Notes under the pieces: generated by a model | The model's database searches: none | What the model was told of the DNA's origin: nothing | What the model saw: only the letters and a program-made list of their open reading frames with translations | Part shown: piece by piece, positions 13,478 to 26,244 of the stretch | How positions within the stretch are numbered: position 1 is the stretch's first letter | How the letters are laid out: every line of letters begins with the position of its first letter | Translations under genes and position numbers: made by a program | NCBI GenBank assembly: GCA_022813865.1 | Contig: JALDZX010000019.1 | Location: 310,001-374,000 of the forward strand | DNA length: 64,000 bases | Origin: Xylographa opegraphella | Taxonomy: Eukaryota | Direction: 5' to 3'

Positions 13478-16198
13478 ATGGACGTGGCGCCGTCTCCTCG
13501 ATGGGAAGATCAAGTCAGTACAAATGCTAACTTGCTGCTCCTCAGAAATTTAGACTTCGCTACTCGAGTTGGTAACAGTTCAGTACGAGAAAAAGCAGAT
13601 TGCCGCTGGTCGGTTGATCCGGATGAGTTGCCAGTAACATCTGTTCGACGGCAAGACTCATCATTGAAATTGAGTTTTTTGGCTGCAGACGAACCAAGAA
13701 TGCCGATTACCTCAGGTTCTCAATCGCTTCTAGCTTCGCTACCCACCTTCATGTCAGTATTTGGTGATGGCACACGGACGAAAGATGCGAGCATAATTAG
13801 CTCTCCAGCGCAGACGGCAGCGTCGTCATTGTCTGAGGCGGTCTCCTCCTTTTCACGCACCAGACGAACTAGTTACAACCAGTCCGTGTGCACTAACCCG
13901 GACGTGCACCGACGCGATTCCAGCACAACGCTTCCGTCAGATTCTACTGAATCTTCACCAACAACAACAATTTCTACCGTTGATTCTAGTCTCACCGAGC
14001 CTTCTCCCAGCTCATCTCCTGAATCACCAGGTGATCGACTCCCAATCTCATCGTCGAGCTCTTTGAGATTTACCACTCCGACGTCAGGGGCTGATAACAT
14101 GTATCGCGCTGGTTTGCCCGCGAGTGGCTCTCCTGGCCGCTCTTCTTTTGACCGATGTGATTCGCCATACAAGAGGCCGAGAAACATGAAGAACTTATCT
14201 GTCAATACTAAAACAGGCCATACCGCTTCTTTGCCGCGTCTCGCTTCCACCGATGCATCCAATACTTTACGTAACAACAGTCACGCCTTTTCTGCGCCAG
14301 CCTCCCCGTCACTACTCAATTCTTCGATGGTGCCGAAACGAAAACCAAGCAATTTAGGTCTTTCCATTGCAACCTACGATCACGATGCAAAAGCTCAACT
14401 ACATCGTGGTGGGTCCGACATTGTTCCTCAAACCCCATCATTCGCACGTCTACATAGTCTGCGGCAGACTGAGGGCTTCGGTGGTATGCCTTTATTCTCT
14501 CCCATCGGTGCTCCTGAAGGTGGGATGCGTTTGCCTCCATTTGGAGGGGCTTCAAACACAACTGCAACACCCAAAACACGGCCGGCTTTGAGTCTCTCCC
14601 ATCACGCTTCTTTCGACTCCACCCATTCTTCGCCCATAGTGCTTCAGACTCTAGACCATGTCCCCGAGGAGGCTGATCACGATCTTCCACTCTCGCGAGA
14701 AATTAAATCTCCCGCTTATCCTCATGGTCCGGTCTGCATCTACCCACCTAGCGTCTTTCTCTACCTGGAGCCTAACGACATCGAAGCCTCCGAATTCGAC
14801 GTCGTCATCAACGTTGCACGTGAAGTAGTCAACCCTTTCGCTATGAAACCTCAGGAGATTGTTGAGCCAAAGACAAGGGATGTAGGAGTGCAGGTTAACC
14901 TGATCTGGGGTACGGCAGGCTCAGCTCCTGCCAACATAGTCCGTGAACCTCCATCCGCCGTCTCCGAGAAGTCGTTCCGTTCTGCTTTTGAGATCATCCC
15001 GTCGAATGATACAGACGGTTCGGAGACACCCAAGCCCGCAAAGGAAGGGCCCGAGTACATCCATGTTCCATGGGAACATAATACCAAGGTATCGTCGGAG
15101 CTCTTCGAGCTTTGCGAGCTAATCGATGATCGCGTCAAGAACGGGAAACGTGTTTTGGTCCACTGTCAATGTGGAGTGAGTAGATCAGCCAGTCTAATCA
15201 TCGCTTATGGGCTGTACAAAAATCCAGGAATGAGTGATAGTGAAGCATACAACTTGGTGAAAGAGCGAAGTCGTTGGATCAACCCAAACATGCATTTCAT
15301 ATTCGAGCTTCACGCTTTCAAGCAGATGTTAGCCGACAAACTCCCCAAGGCTCCACCTAAGCGGCGGCCAGGAATTCACCCTGGGCTCCTAAGAACCCAA
15401 ACCGACAGTGTACTCCCTCACAATACCGATCCAATGTCAGCAGTGTCGCCGCTGGATGAGCCTACTTCCGCGCCACTGGAGAACGATTTCGATTCCCGTG
15501 GCCGGTTGTCTAGATCTATGAACGCTTCGATGCCACAAAACGCAGCAGAAGAGTCGCAAAATAGCGCGATGATCATTGATTCCATCACAGCTTTATCCGA
15601 TGATAACCCAACTCCTACTACGGAGCAGAAACAGGTACAACGAAGCCTGGAGAATGATGAGGTGTCTTTATTTTCTCCTTCGTTTGCTTCGTCAATGATG
15701 AAAGAAACCTCAAATCAACTTCTTGAAACACGAATGGTAGATCAAGCTGGCGATTCCGAAGCACACCCCACATCTAGGCTGACTTTGCGGTCAAGAGCTT
15801 CTCCCGAAGCCGAAGAGCGATCGCGATCAATGAGCCCACGCCTGCGATCCCAACCATCTCTGCCAGCTGGTTTCAGCAGTATCATGTCCCGTCGCGCAAT
15901 CACTCGCGCACTTCCACTTCGTACCGCCTTTCCGGCTCATGTGCCTGCTATTCGGCCTACACACGTCAGTTATGACTGCGTCATGGTTGATGCTGTTCCA
16001 GAGACGCCCTCCCTTCTCTCTCCACGAGCTGCCGAGTTCACAGCCACTCCGTTTCACCGCACGGCCGCTGGTGATTTAGCTGGCTCGTCGTTCTTTGAGC
16101 AAGCTCTTCTGAGTCCAAATTCGGTAGAGCGTGATCCTCGAAGCCCGCCAACCCGGGGTGAAGCTCCAATCACTAGGAGCATTGATGATGTGCTGTGA
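13478..16198 (+). CDS. pmp1: Dual-specificity (MAPK) protein phosphatase, Pmp1/Msg5-like; start may instead be ATG 13700
   Basis: Long intronless ORF with GPVCIYPPSVFLYLEP, FDVVINVARE, YIHVPWEHN and catalytic VLVHCQCGVSRSASL. N-terminal RPRNMKNLSV resembles a MAPK docking motif. Confidence 0.9.
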   Translation: MDVAPSPRWEDQVSTNANLLLLRNLDFATRVGNSSVREKADCRWSVDPDELPVTSVRRQDSSLKLSFLAADEPRMPITSGSQSLLASLPTFMSVFGDGTRTKDASIISSPAQTAASSLSEAVSSFSRTRRTSYNQSVCTNPDVHRRDSSTTLPSDSTESSPTTTISTVDSSLTEPSPSSSPESPGDRLPISSSSSLRFTTPTSGADNMYRAGLPASGSPGRSSFDRCDSPYKRPRNMKNLSVNTKTGHTASLPRLASTDASNTLRNNSHAFSAPASPSLLNSSMVPKRKPSNLGLSIATYDHDAKAQLHRGGSDIVPQTPSFARLHSLRQTEGFGGMPLFSPIGAPEGGMRLPPFGGASNTTATPKTRPALSLSHHASFDSTHSSPIVLQTLDHVPEEADHDLPLSREIKSPAYPHGPVCIYPPSVFLYLEPNDIEASEFDVVINVAREVVNPFAMKPQEIVEPKTRDVGVQVNLIWGTAGSAPANIVREPPSAVSEKSFRSAFEIIPSNDTDGSETPKPAKEGPEYIHVPWEHNTKVSSELFELCELIDDRVKNGKRVLVHCQCGVSRSASLIIAYGLYKNPGMSDSEAYNLVKERSRWINPNMHFIFELHAFKQMLADKLPKAPPKRRPGIHPGLLRTQTDSVLPHNTDPMSAVSPLDEPTSAPLENDFDSRGRLSRSMNASMPQNAAEESQNSAMIIDSITALSDDNPTPTTEQKQVQRSLENDEVSLFSPSFASSMMKETSNQLLETRMVDQAGDSEAHPTSRLTLRSRASPEAEERSRSMSPRLRSQPSLPAGFSSIMSRRAITRALPLRTAFPAHVPAIRPTHVSYDCVMVDAVPETPSLLSPRAAEFTATPFHRTAAGDLAGSSFFEQALLSPNSVERDPRSPPTRGEAPITRSIDDVL

Positions 16199-16977
16199 CT
16201 ATGCGCATTAGGCAGCAGCTAACAGATGGGTATTCTTCTGGCATCAAAATACACTCTAATCTTTCATGGTTTGCGGAATCTTCTCTGCTAGCCGCATGAT
16301 TCTCATACGCTGGCTTGATCCGACGAATTCTACATTTCGGGAGCTTTTCTGAGGCGAGGATACCGTACCGTAACACATTCAATCGAGATCCGCATCTGGT
16401 GGGACTCGAATGGATAGGGCTACGTGGATCGATGGAATCTTGTTTCTGATAATACAAAGGCGTGGATAGACTACGGACGCTACTGCATGATTAGACGGGT
16501 TACTGAGAGGGGAAAGGGGGAAAGGGGAACCATGGCAGCCATGAACATAATGACAGGATACGGAGGAAAACACGGGTAAACACGGGTGATCAAGGACATC
16601 CGCGGCCTGTGAACCTTCTTAAGGCGCTTAGTGGAGCGATGACGGATGGATGGATGTATTGCCCATCAAGCGGCGGGCTTCGGACGGTAGTTAATGCAAC
16701 GGAGGAGGAACCGAGCTCTGTTTGACAGCGTAGATGAATTAAACACCCATCGATCAGTCTGTCGTTGCCAGCCTGACGCTCTGCTCTGACGTGATTGTGC
16801 CCGACGATTTCCATTGTAGTCGACGTTACATTCAGATCCAAGCAGACGTAGCCCATGCTTAGGTAGGTAGTCTTGGTGCTCAAGCATGAAATTTAACCCC
16901 TTAATACTCTTCCGAACATGACCCTAACCTACCATTTCCATATCCGAATACCCCAACCATCAACAACCAACTACGCA

Positions 16978-19604
16978 TCAACCACCCCCCCTCCCCACCC
17001 CCCCCTTCAACGTCCCAAGCCTAAACCCATCATCCCCATCCCCATCCCCATCCTCACCACCCTTCTCATCCCTCCCCTTCCTCCCCTTCCCCTCCTCGTG
17101 CTTATCGTCCCCGAACAGGAAGCCCGCCTTCGCGCGCGCGGGGTTGAGCCGCCGCTCCTCGGGCGCGAAGGCAGACGCGGAGACGAAGCTCGATTTCCGC
17201 TGGTCGTCGCCGAGGATCCAGGAGAAGGACGACTGCGCGAGCGAGGGGCGCGGGTGGTGGAAGGGGGAGAGGCCGGGGCGGGGTTTGGATACTGGCAAAG
17301 GGTTTGGGGGTGCGGAAGCGGTGGGGGACTGGATTTTTAGGGCGCGTGGGTGGTCGTGTGGTTCAGAGGGTTCGATGGCTTTGGTTTCGTGCTTGGTTGT
17401 CTGCGTTGCGGACGCGGCTGGGGATATACTGGTCTTTTCCCCTTGGGAGTGGGGTGCGCCGGCCGCTGTTCCGTCGTTTTCGAGGATTGCTTGTTCGGAA
17501 GCAGGTTCTGACGGCTTCGAGGGCTCCTGAGCTGGCGCTTCGGGCACGAGAGGCATGGTCGAATCCTCAAGGTAGACCTGGACGAACTGCACTTTAGCAA
17601 TGGCGAGGGTGAGTGCGTTTGCCGCGTCTTCCTGCTTCTCTTTGTCGAACAGCTTTTCCTGAGCCCAGAGATCTTCCATCGCCTTCTCCAGCATCTTAGC
17701 CAATGCCTTGTTCCGTTCTTCCAGAGCCTCGATTCGTGAAGTGAGCTCGTTGTTATCTAACGAAGACACCGCCTGCCCGCTATTCAAGGACCAGCGTACG
17801 TCAGGACCAGGGAGCCTTCGTGGCGAGTTACTTCCTGATTGCAGCCCTTGGACAGCACCGAGAAGGGCTTTGCCTACGCCCCATTTCTCACTCCTGCTAT
17901 ACACTCCTTTCGCGGCTTCGTGCAGAATACCCTCGATCCCTCCTTGTTCCTGTAAAAAGCGCGCAGGAGATCGCATAGGCGAGAAGGGTCGATTCGCATT
18001 GCCTACCGACGGTGGTTCGGTCCGATTGGAGCGTTTCCTCCTGTACGAGCCTGTGGGAGTCTTTGGCTGAGCAACAGGTGATCTGCCCGAGTACTTCGAA
18101 ATAATGTCGAACCCGCCGTCTCTTGTGAGGTGTTGTTTCAAGTACATCGCATCGTCAACGAAAGTAGATGGCCCGTTTGGGCTCGGAGGGACAGGGTAGC
18201 GTAACAGTATTGTCAAAGCCGAGCTGTAATCAGACTCCAGAACTAACAGGATAGGTCAGTGTCCATAGTATTGCCTAAGCTTTGCTGGTCCGACTTACGT
18301 TGCCATCTTACACGCAAGAGCATTGCGAGACACACAAAGTCCACAAGCTCCAACGCAGCGTCTTCGGCAAAGAGTACATCCCAGAGAGATAGGACATCGT
18401 CGAACGGGAATTCACGTCCAAACAGAAGGCGAATCCATCGACTATCGAACGAAGTGGATTAGTAATGGAAAATAAATATAATAGAGTACCAATGAATGGT
18501 CTGAGAATGACCAAAACCCATCCATGCCAATGGCAGAGCCGGACGATATTCCAGCAGTTTCAGATATTGTCGGTATGTAGGCAGAAATCTGGATCTACTT
18601 ACATGACGAATATTTGCGGAAGAATCTCAATAGCGGTCAGATGTTTGGTGAGTTCAGGATCCACCCTTCGTAAATAATCCTCATGTATACACTTGCTTCG
18701 CTCCACTATCGGAGAACTACTTGTGATCCCAGTTGCGGACTGATGTGTGGTGCTTCCCATCTCGTAAAACGTTTTCACAGTCTGCATAATTATACAGAAG
18801 AGGGTGAACGCATCGTGCTCGATGAAGGAATTATCAAGTGCTTGTCGAACGGGATCATCGGACTCAGGACTGTTTAAAATCTGCTCGGTGAGAGTCGCAG
18901 GATCAATAGCATCTCGAGAGACTACCCAGAGTATTGGTGCCAGCACCTCGTGCATACCCTGGCGGTATCCCGTGTCTGCATTTAGTTTGCAGAAAATGAA
19001 CAGTATATCAAGTAGAATTGTCTGCGTTGTCGGTTCTCGAAAGTATAGGTTTTCTGGCATGCAACGCTCGACATCCTGGTATATTTCGTCTCGTAGTATC
19101 TCGTCCCGGCGGAGTGTATTCCAAGGGGACTTTCAAGGTCTTAGTGGAAGGTCAGATAATCTGCCTTTGGTGGGCAACTTGACAGTTCTGACTTACGTTG
19201 GCATCATCTGCCAGCGGGTCTGCTGCAGAAAGATCATCAGGATGCTCAATATCGCATAGGAAATGGTTTCTGAGAGATGAGTAGGCGCTTCTGGAGTCGT
19301 GTAAGGTTTTCGACCAAGTACTGCGATCAAGATTCTCAAAAAGAAGAAATGCCTATTCTTTGATCAGGCAAGAACTTGATTATCTAAGACAGAGGCATAG
19401 CCTACCTTCCAGCAAATAGATCTCAAGCCACTTTCACACGGATTGTCTTCTGTACCGTGTCTTACAGATGCCTTCAAGTCAGAAAGGTTAGAACTGTGGG
19501 CGAATGTTGCTTCCCATCGGATACTGTAACGTCATTAGTTGAACGAACTGGCAAGGTCTTAAGGAAATATGCTTGAGATACATTGTTTCTGCCCACGAAC
19601 GCAT
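16978..19604 (-). CDS. TBC-domain Rab GTPase-activating protein (TBC1D5/Gyp6-like), multi-exon
   Basis: Exons encode GLRSICWK, ADPLADD, IYQDVERCMPE (R-finger), GYRQGMHEVLAP (Q-finger), IEILPQIF, RWIRLLFGREF, LLRYP and a C-terminal coiled coil. Start MRSWAET at 19604. Confidence 0.9.
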
Positions 19605-20001
19605 ACCGTATTTACAAAGCTCGTCTAAAGCTCGAAGATCTCACATATCTCGAACCGGAACTATGCCTGCCTTCGATAGGCATATGACATTTACCCGGTG
19701 GTGAATACAACAGCAACTGGCCAGTTGGACGTCAATATTGCTAAACTATGTATCTACCTACCATTTACGATGTGCCAATAACTAGCTCTGCGCCAGAAGG
19801 CTTTCCTATAAGATCTGTATTGTTTTGCTTGAGTCTGCACTTATAAAGGAGCTATGTTTATTTACAGTTGTGTCTACCTAGCACAATAGAGTAATGCTAT
19901 TTGGTCACATTTGGACACACACTTCTCCTACTTCCTATTCTCGATTACTATGATAGCATGCATGAATCCACCACATTGAAAGTCTTGTTTATATAACTAT
20001 C

Positions 20002-21525
20002 ATGTCTTCAGATCTTTGGGCAGCATTTACGGGAGATTCTCAAGACCCTTCAACCAATCCCTGGTCAAATGATCCAGCCACGTCAAAGGGAGGTCACACA
20101 CAGACTTTTCTTAAGCCTACCTCAAACTCTTCCAACGCGCCTCAAATTACCAAATCCCGGAGACTTCAGAAATCGTATACTCCTTTAGCAACTACGGAAT
20201 CTTGGCCAGAACCAACAACTCAGCATGAGAATGTTTGGGTAAACAATGAGTTTGACGACTTCTCAGACACGGAATGGACTGCTCCTTTAGCTACGCCAAA
20301 GAAGGACTTGCATGCTATAGTGGCGTTGGCTACTGAGCTTGTAACGCCAAGTGCGGAAGAGGACGACTTTGGAGATTTCGAAGAGGCAGAGGCTGTACCG
20401 CAACAAACATTTCCAGCTGCGGGTCAGTCAAATGTCACGAGTTTTCACAGTATCATTCCCAGGGTGTCGGATATTGGCAGTAAAAATCTCGACAATTTCG
20501 GAACTCCACCAGACATTATAGATCTCGATGTTCATCACGATCCCTGGGCTGGTGTCGAGTCCCTAGGAAAGCCAGTTCTGCCTACGCACAGAGCTGAGAA
20601 TGTCAAATCTGATACGGAAACCAGTCAGGGAAATTCTATGGCTGATCCGACGTTTCCATTCGTGGAGACCTCCGTAGAGGTACCGTACGCAGCAGAAGAA
20701 TGGGGCGAATTCTCTCCGGATCCGCGGGAAGTCGCACATTCCTTAGATGCCAACGTTTCTTCTTACACCGAAAATGAATCTGTTACCCTGAACACAAATC
20801 AACGGGCGCAAACCAGACCAGGCCCTGCCACGAACAAAGCCACCCCCAAAAAACCCTCGAAAAATATAAATGCAATACCGCCAACGAATGTCCCGCCGCC
20901 CTCAATTCTACTCTCTTTTCTGTCAAATCTGATCGTTGCACTCCCTCCCCACATCACCAAAATCATTGGGCAAGGCTCCCTACTCAAGGGCAACTCAGCA
21001 GCCGTCTCGAGCGCCCAGATTAACTGTCGTCTCTCTTTCCGAGTTGCTGCACGTGTCATAACGGGTCGCAAATTACGCTGGAAGCGCGACATCCACCTCT
21101 TTCAAAGTATGAAAATTGGGCCTGCTTCAGCGGGTAGAGCAGGCGGCATGAAGCTTACAGGCGTCGATAAGGCAGAAACGCAACGCGAGGACCGTGAAGC
21201 TGCAGAGATCGTACGCGTGTGGAAAGCGAATCTTGGCAGTATTCGAGCAGCGCTTGTGGCATCGAGTGGGCAAGCAAGGAAACAGCCACTAGGACTACCA
21301 GATATTTCGGAGAAGATGTTCGTGCAGACGGCAACAGCGGCCGAAGGAGCCATCACGGCGACAAAGTGCTGCTTCTTATGCGGGCTGAAGAGGGATGAGC
21401 GGATTGTGAGCCTTGATACCGAGGTGTCGGACTCCTTAGGGGAGTGGTGGGCTGAGCATTGGGGCCATGGCGACTGCCAGAGTTTTTGGGAGCAGTATGA
21501 GCAGCTCCTTCCGAGGCGGGGCTAG
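20002..21525 (+). CDS. Hypothetical protein (507 aa) with acidic FGDF-type motifs and a C-terminal Cys/His domain
   Basis: Intronless ORF; motifs EFDDF, DDFGDF, DPW and EEWGEF; C-terminus CFLCGLKRDER...GEWWAEHWGHGDCQSFW. Confidence 0.85.
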   Translation: MSSDLWAAFTGDSQDPSTNPWSNDPATSKGGHTQTFLKPTSNSSNAPQITKSRRLQKSYTPLATTESWPEPTTQHENVWVNNEFDDFSDTEWTAPLATPKKDLHAIVALATELVTPSAEEDDFGDFEEAEAVPQQTFPAAGQSNVTSFHSIIPRVSDIGSKNLDNFGTPPDIIDLDVHHDPWAGVESLGKPVLPTHRAENVKSDTETSQGNSMADPTFPFVETSVEVPYAAEEWGEFSPDPREVAHSLDANVSSYTENESVTLNTNQRAQTRPGPATNKATPKKPSKNINAIPPTNVPPPSILLSFLSNLIVALPPHITKIIGQGSLLKGNSAAVSSAQINCRLSFRVAARVITGRKLRWKRDIHLFQSMKIGPASAGRAGGMKLTGVDKAETQREDREAAEIVRVWKANLGSIRAALVASSGQARKQPLGLPDISEKMFVQTATAAEGAITATKCCFLCGLKRDERIVSLDTEVSDSLGEWWAEHWGHGDCQSFWEQYEQLLPRRG

Positions 21526-22510
21526 TTGTCGTAATAAAGGAGCGATTGCGGCAGCCGGTATTACCACCAATTCTCTGAATTGGGATCCGCTTCAGATACT
21601 TTGATTCCTACCACGCTAGTGGCGAGATTTAATACGGAGGAGTGCGCGCTGAGGCTCCTATATGTTAGCAAGTCCATTTTATAGAGTTCGCAGCTTGCTT
21701 CATTTCATCAAACTTGACGGCCAACCTCCAGAACACCCAATGTTTTCTCGACTTCAGAGGAGTCTCAATCTGTTGTTGAGTCGAAGTAGAGCAAGAAGAT
21801 TAAGCCGCGTATACCAGCTTGTGTAAGTACTTGGTTGATAAGGGGCTTACGAACGGTGGAAGCGGAATTGGCATGGAATTACTGGGCCAGCTGGGGCGGT
21901 TCGAGGGCGTTATCAGATAAGAACCATGATGGGTTGATGTGTCCATAGCTGCGACTTGCAACATGGTAGACGGGAACCTTCAAGAGTAGAATGGGAAGAG
22001 ACTATGAATTTTAGGTAAATACTACGTGCTTTACTTCGGTACACAAGATCATGACACGTTGAAGTATGCATAGGTCAAGTCCCAAAAAGAGCAAATCACG
22101 CATGCCGCGCAAGACACAGATACGACTCGACAACTTTCTTTTCATCGCCTCTACCTCCACCTCTACCTCTCTACCTCTACCAGCCTGACGAAACTTAATC
22201 TTCTCTAGAACTTCCTTTTATCGCGGGTATCTCCAACATGCATGGCAATGATAGTAACCAAACACACTCTGCCCCTTCGTAGGATCCATACCAGCCATGC
22301 CATGCCTCTGGGTCTATACAATGCCGCCGCGCGTGAGAGATATGTACATATGTCGAGGAACCCATGACCCAACCTCCTCAAAAGCTATAACCGTAGATGA
22401 CGATGCAAACCCCTAGCCGTTGTAACACTCTGGTATTCCATTATTCATGCTCGAATTTCGTGTATATGAGAACTCTGTGTCAACTCTCCTCGCCAAAGTG
22501 AATAACAGCG

Positions 22511-25500
22511 TTAAAATTCTTCAGCACCCTCCGATTCAAGACACCATGGATGGGATTTCACTTGCGAAATGGTCAATCGTTTATCCGTATCGCGGTCCAG
22601 CATGGCTTTGATTAGATCGATACTGTCTTCACTCATAACCCATGGTATCCGGAGTTCGTGATCCAAGATCTCGTCAACGCTATAGAAAGGATTCTCCTTA
22701 TAGACAAGCGTATAGAGCAGAATGCCCAGTGCCCACACGTCCTGCTCTTTACCGCGGTACGGTTTACCTTGAAGAACTTCAGGAGCAGCGTAATCTGATT
22801 GATATTGCGTCAGTGTGTTATATCATTGATATTGAAGAGACTAGTAGAGGACAAACCAATTGTCCCAACAAACACATCAAAGGGACCACTCTTGATATAC
22901 GCTGCACTACCGAAGTCGATGAGCTTGACTTTGTGTTCACCGTCTAATATGATGTTCTCATCTTTAATATCACGATGGACAACCAGTGCCTTGGTATGAA
23001 GATGGTGTACAGCAGCGACGACCTGGAGGAAGATGTTCTTACATTCCGCTTCTTCCATTGTCGAGCGCATCTCAATATAATCGAAGAGGTCCATGCCTGG
23101 AAGACCGTGAGGGACCATCTCAATGTAGTAGTTATTATTGTCTTCAAAGAAGTCTCTCATCTCTACGATGTTCGGGTGTCGATACTCTTCCCTTCGCAAG
23201 TAGTCGAGCACATGTATCTCTAAAGGTATTGTTCCTAGTCTTCGATCACGAATCCAGGTGTCAAGTAAGATACGCTTCTTGGTCACATACTTGAGCACGC
23301 ATTTGCCTGTCGAGCCATTTCTATACCGGGCCAGCTTTACTTGTCCGTAAGCGCCTTGGCCCATATCTTCGAGAATGATGAAGTCACCAATACATTTCTT
23401 CTCCGGAGGAAGAGCAATTGTGGGCGTCGAGGTTGTGATGTTCGTGGACGGTTGAGCGAACGGCTTGTCAGATATAGGTTCGCGTGTGGCTTCCTCAATT
23501 CTTCTGGTAAGAATAGTCGTGGGAGTTAATGGTCTTAAGTCTTCTGAGCTCATACTGGGCGAGATGATGTTGATGGGCTGTCCAGGTGACGGTTGGCGTG
23601 GCGGAGTACCAGGTCGAGATATGAGTGGAGAGACAGGAGCATCAGGGTTAATGATGGAATGCAGGTGACGAGAGTACGTTATCCACAACGCATAAACAAC
23701 CTGCGAACTTGCTGCCAAGCCGTTGTCAGAGCGGTTCGAATCAGAATCGCTTGTTTCCTCCAAGACAGACTCTTCTGGTATTTGGGTTTCGCTCTTGACA
23801 ACACGCATGCTGACATCAACATGAATGCTAGAGCCATCGCGATGCTTCGCGAGTAAGCCCGTCGGCCGTAAAAAGATTGCCGCAGCATCAGCATTGCCCT
23901 CACGAAGTGCAAGTAACGCTCGCGCTCTCCGAAAGCTGTGTTCGGGAACTACAATACCGTCCACTAAATTTACTTGCTCTTCCTCCTCTAGAAGGCTCAA
24001 TATACTATCAAATCGAGGTATCAGTCGGGTAATACTCAGACCTTCAGGCTGCGGTTGACCAAACAAAGCGGCAGAGAAAACCGAATTCGAGCTCGTAATC
24101 ACCAAGTCTGTAGCAGATAAGACCATAATACCAGCAATATGTGGGAAGCTGGAGACCCTCAGTTCGCCCAAAGCGGGCCTACTGCTGATAGATGTCGGGA
24201 CACAGTAGCCATCTGTGTGTCTAGCGGTAAAGTGCTCCAGCTTATTGATCTGATCGTAGTCAACTTGACCTTTGAGAGAGGGTAAACCTGGAAAGAACCG
24301 CCGTATATCCTCACGGCCTGGCCTTCGATTCTCACCGAATATAGACTCGGTTGCGCCTGTAGCGTCCAAGATCTTTCCAGTTTCGTCCAGTGTTAAATAA
24401 GCCATATCTTCCACGATCTCCTCCAAGACCCAGATAAGAGCTTTACGTTTTTCTTTCACCCATAAACTGGCAGATCCTGTAGCACCATTGCGCTTAAGTA
24501 TTGGCACAACATCACCACAAAGGAGAACTCCCCGAGAATCACTGTGGGAATGATTGAGCCCCGCTTTGGCGGGTTTCTTCCTCGCATAGCTGGATCCGCT
24601 ACCATCATCTGTCTGAGCTCTCCGACTAGATGTCTGCCGGGATGACGGCTTGCTGAGAAGAAGCGCAGTTATCCCACCACGGACTCCGATGGGTTCAGAT
24701 ATGTTTGGGCTGATCCCACGAGGTTTACTCGTTGGAGAGCGCGCCCTTGCAGCGGCTTCAGCCCCTGGCGATCTTAACTTCTCTTCGAGCCATTCCCTTC
24801 GATCCTCCCTGACCACCTCGAGTATGCCCAGTTTTCGAATCTCAGCTTTCGTGACTCCAAATACCAAACATGCAAGGTCGTTCGCCGCCAAAATCGTGTA
24901 TGGAGACTGAGACCCTGTAGTGAAAATCGCTTGTGCTGCAGGTGCCCAGCGATGAGAACTACTATGAAGTGAAGAAGGAATCCGGTTGTTAGCATTCAGA
25001 GGTTTGCCGAACGAAGGAATAATAGTGGGAGTTAGCAATTGGTTTTCTGCCGCATCTTCGCTGGAAAGGTAGGGCTTTGCCAGGGCTTCAATCAATTTAC
25101 TTTGCAAGGATAATGAAGACACATCGGTATATGTCCGCTTTAGGTCAGGACGTGTGATGGAGCTTTGGGATTCCTTTGAAGTGAATGAGTCGCCAAGTGA
25201 TGGTGGAGAAGCCGATCGATCTCCTATTGGCGGCCCATCGGTAGCAGGAGTTTTCACCCTCCTTTTGTCCGAAACGGATACTTGACTGTTCATGGATTCT
25301 GCCAATGCGTTACCTGGAGATAGTTCGGTCTTTACCTGCTCTGGACTTTCTGATCGAGGTAAGAAGGTTTTCTCGAATATGTTCTCTCCGTCAACTTCAG
25401 CAGGGCCCGTCAAAGGACCGTTCAGGTTGGTATTGCGTGGAACGCCCAAACGGTCTCCCAGAATGTTTGCACGAGTCAAGAGCTCCATCATGCTTTGAAC

Positions 25501-26244
25501 CTCAATATCACCGCTCACCTTCGCCTGGGCGCTTAGTAGTCCAGGATTGCTGGCTGCCCAGCCCAATCTATCTCGTAAAAAGTCAAGGCTCTTTTTAAGA
25601 ACGTTCTGTCGATTATGTAAAACATCCTCCGATTGGTGGGCAAATGAAAAGGAATGTAGAGACTCAGAAGGAAACCGGGATAAATCTTCTCTAAAATTCA
25701 ATGTAGGAGAGGAAGGGCCTCCAGGGGTGAAAGTCCGCGAGTGGGGCATCTGGATCGTCATTGAAGTTGACCGGGAAGGAGAAGTGAAGGATGATTCGGG
25801 TGACGATGGCAGTGTGGGAGCTCGTGACAGAGGCTGCTGCCGTATACGACGCAAGCCAGAGAGACCGAGGCCATGCTCATGTTCTCCCATAACAGGTGAC
25901 CTTGCCATTGGATCATATTCTGAAGGTTTTCCCGCATCGAGTGAGAAGCGTATCCTATTGTTTTCTGGCGGCTTGCCCATGTTCGCCAGCAGGTTTCCCG
26001 TGCTTCTGTTTTTAGGAATTGAGAGTCCATCATAAGTGGAAGGAGGAGGTAGTCTCAATATGCCAGGTACAGAGCTCGAGAGGTCCAAGGCGCCTAGAAT
26101 TGCTTCAAAATCAGCATTGGTGTCACCAGATGCCTTCCCCACATCTACATTCGTTGAGTATAGTCACAACGTCTCCAAATATGAAACGGGTTCTTTTCAC
26201 AGTGAACAAAGCTCACCCTTGCTTCTTTGGTCTTCTAGAGACAT
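22511..26244 (-). CDS. PAS-domain serine/threonine kinase (Psk1/Ppk6-like); introns 26145-26216 and 22795-22856
   Basis: Kinase motifs MGQGAYGQV, HRDIKDEN, DFGSA and GTI/DYAAPE (joined across the intron). PAS-like AQAIFTT..TILAANDLACLVFG. Short first exon MSLEDQRSK splices in frame. Confidence 0.92.

Noticed and set aside
16568..16588. AAACACGGGT tandem duplication
   Set aside because: Single 10-bp duplication between convergent genes with no further structure.
22145..22182. CTACCT-type short tandem repeat
   Set aside because: Ordinary degenerate microsatellite in a 3' intergenic region.
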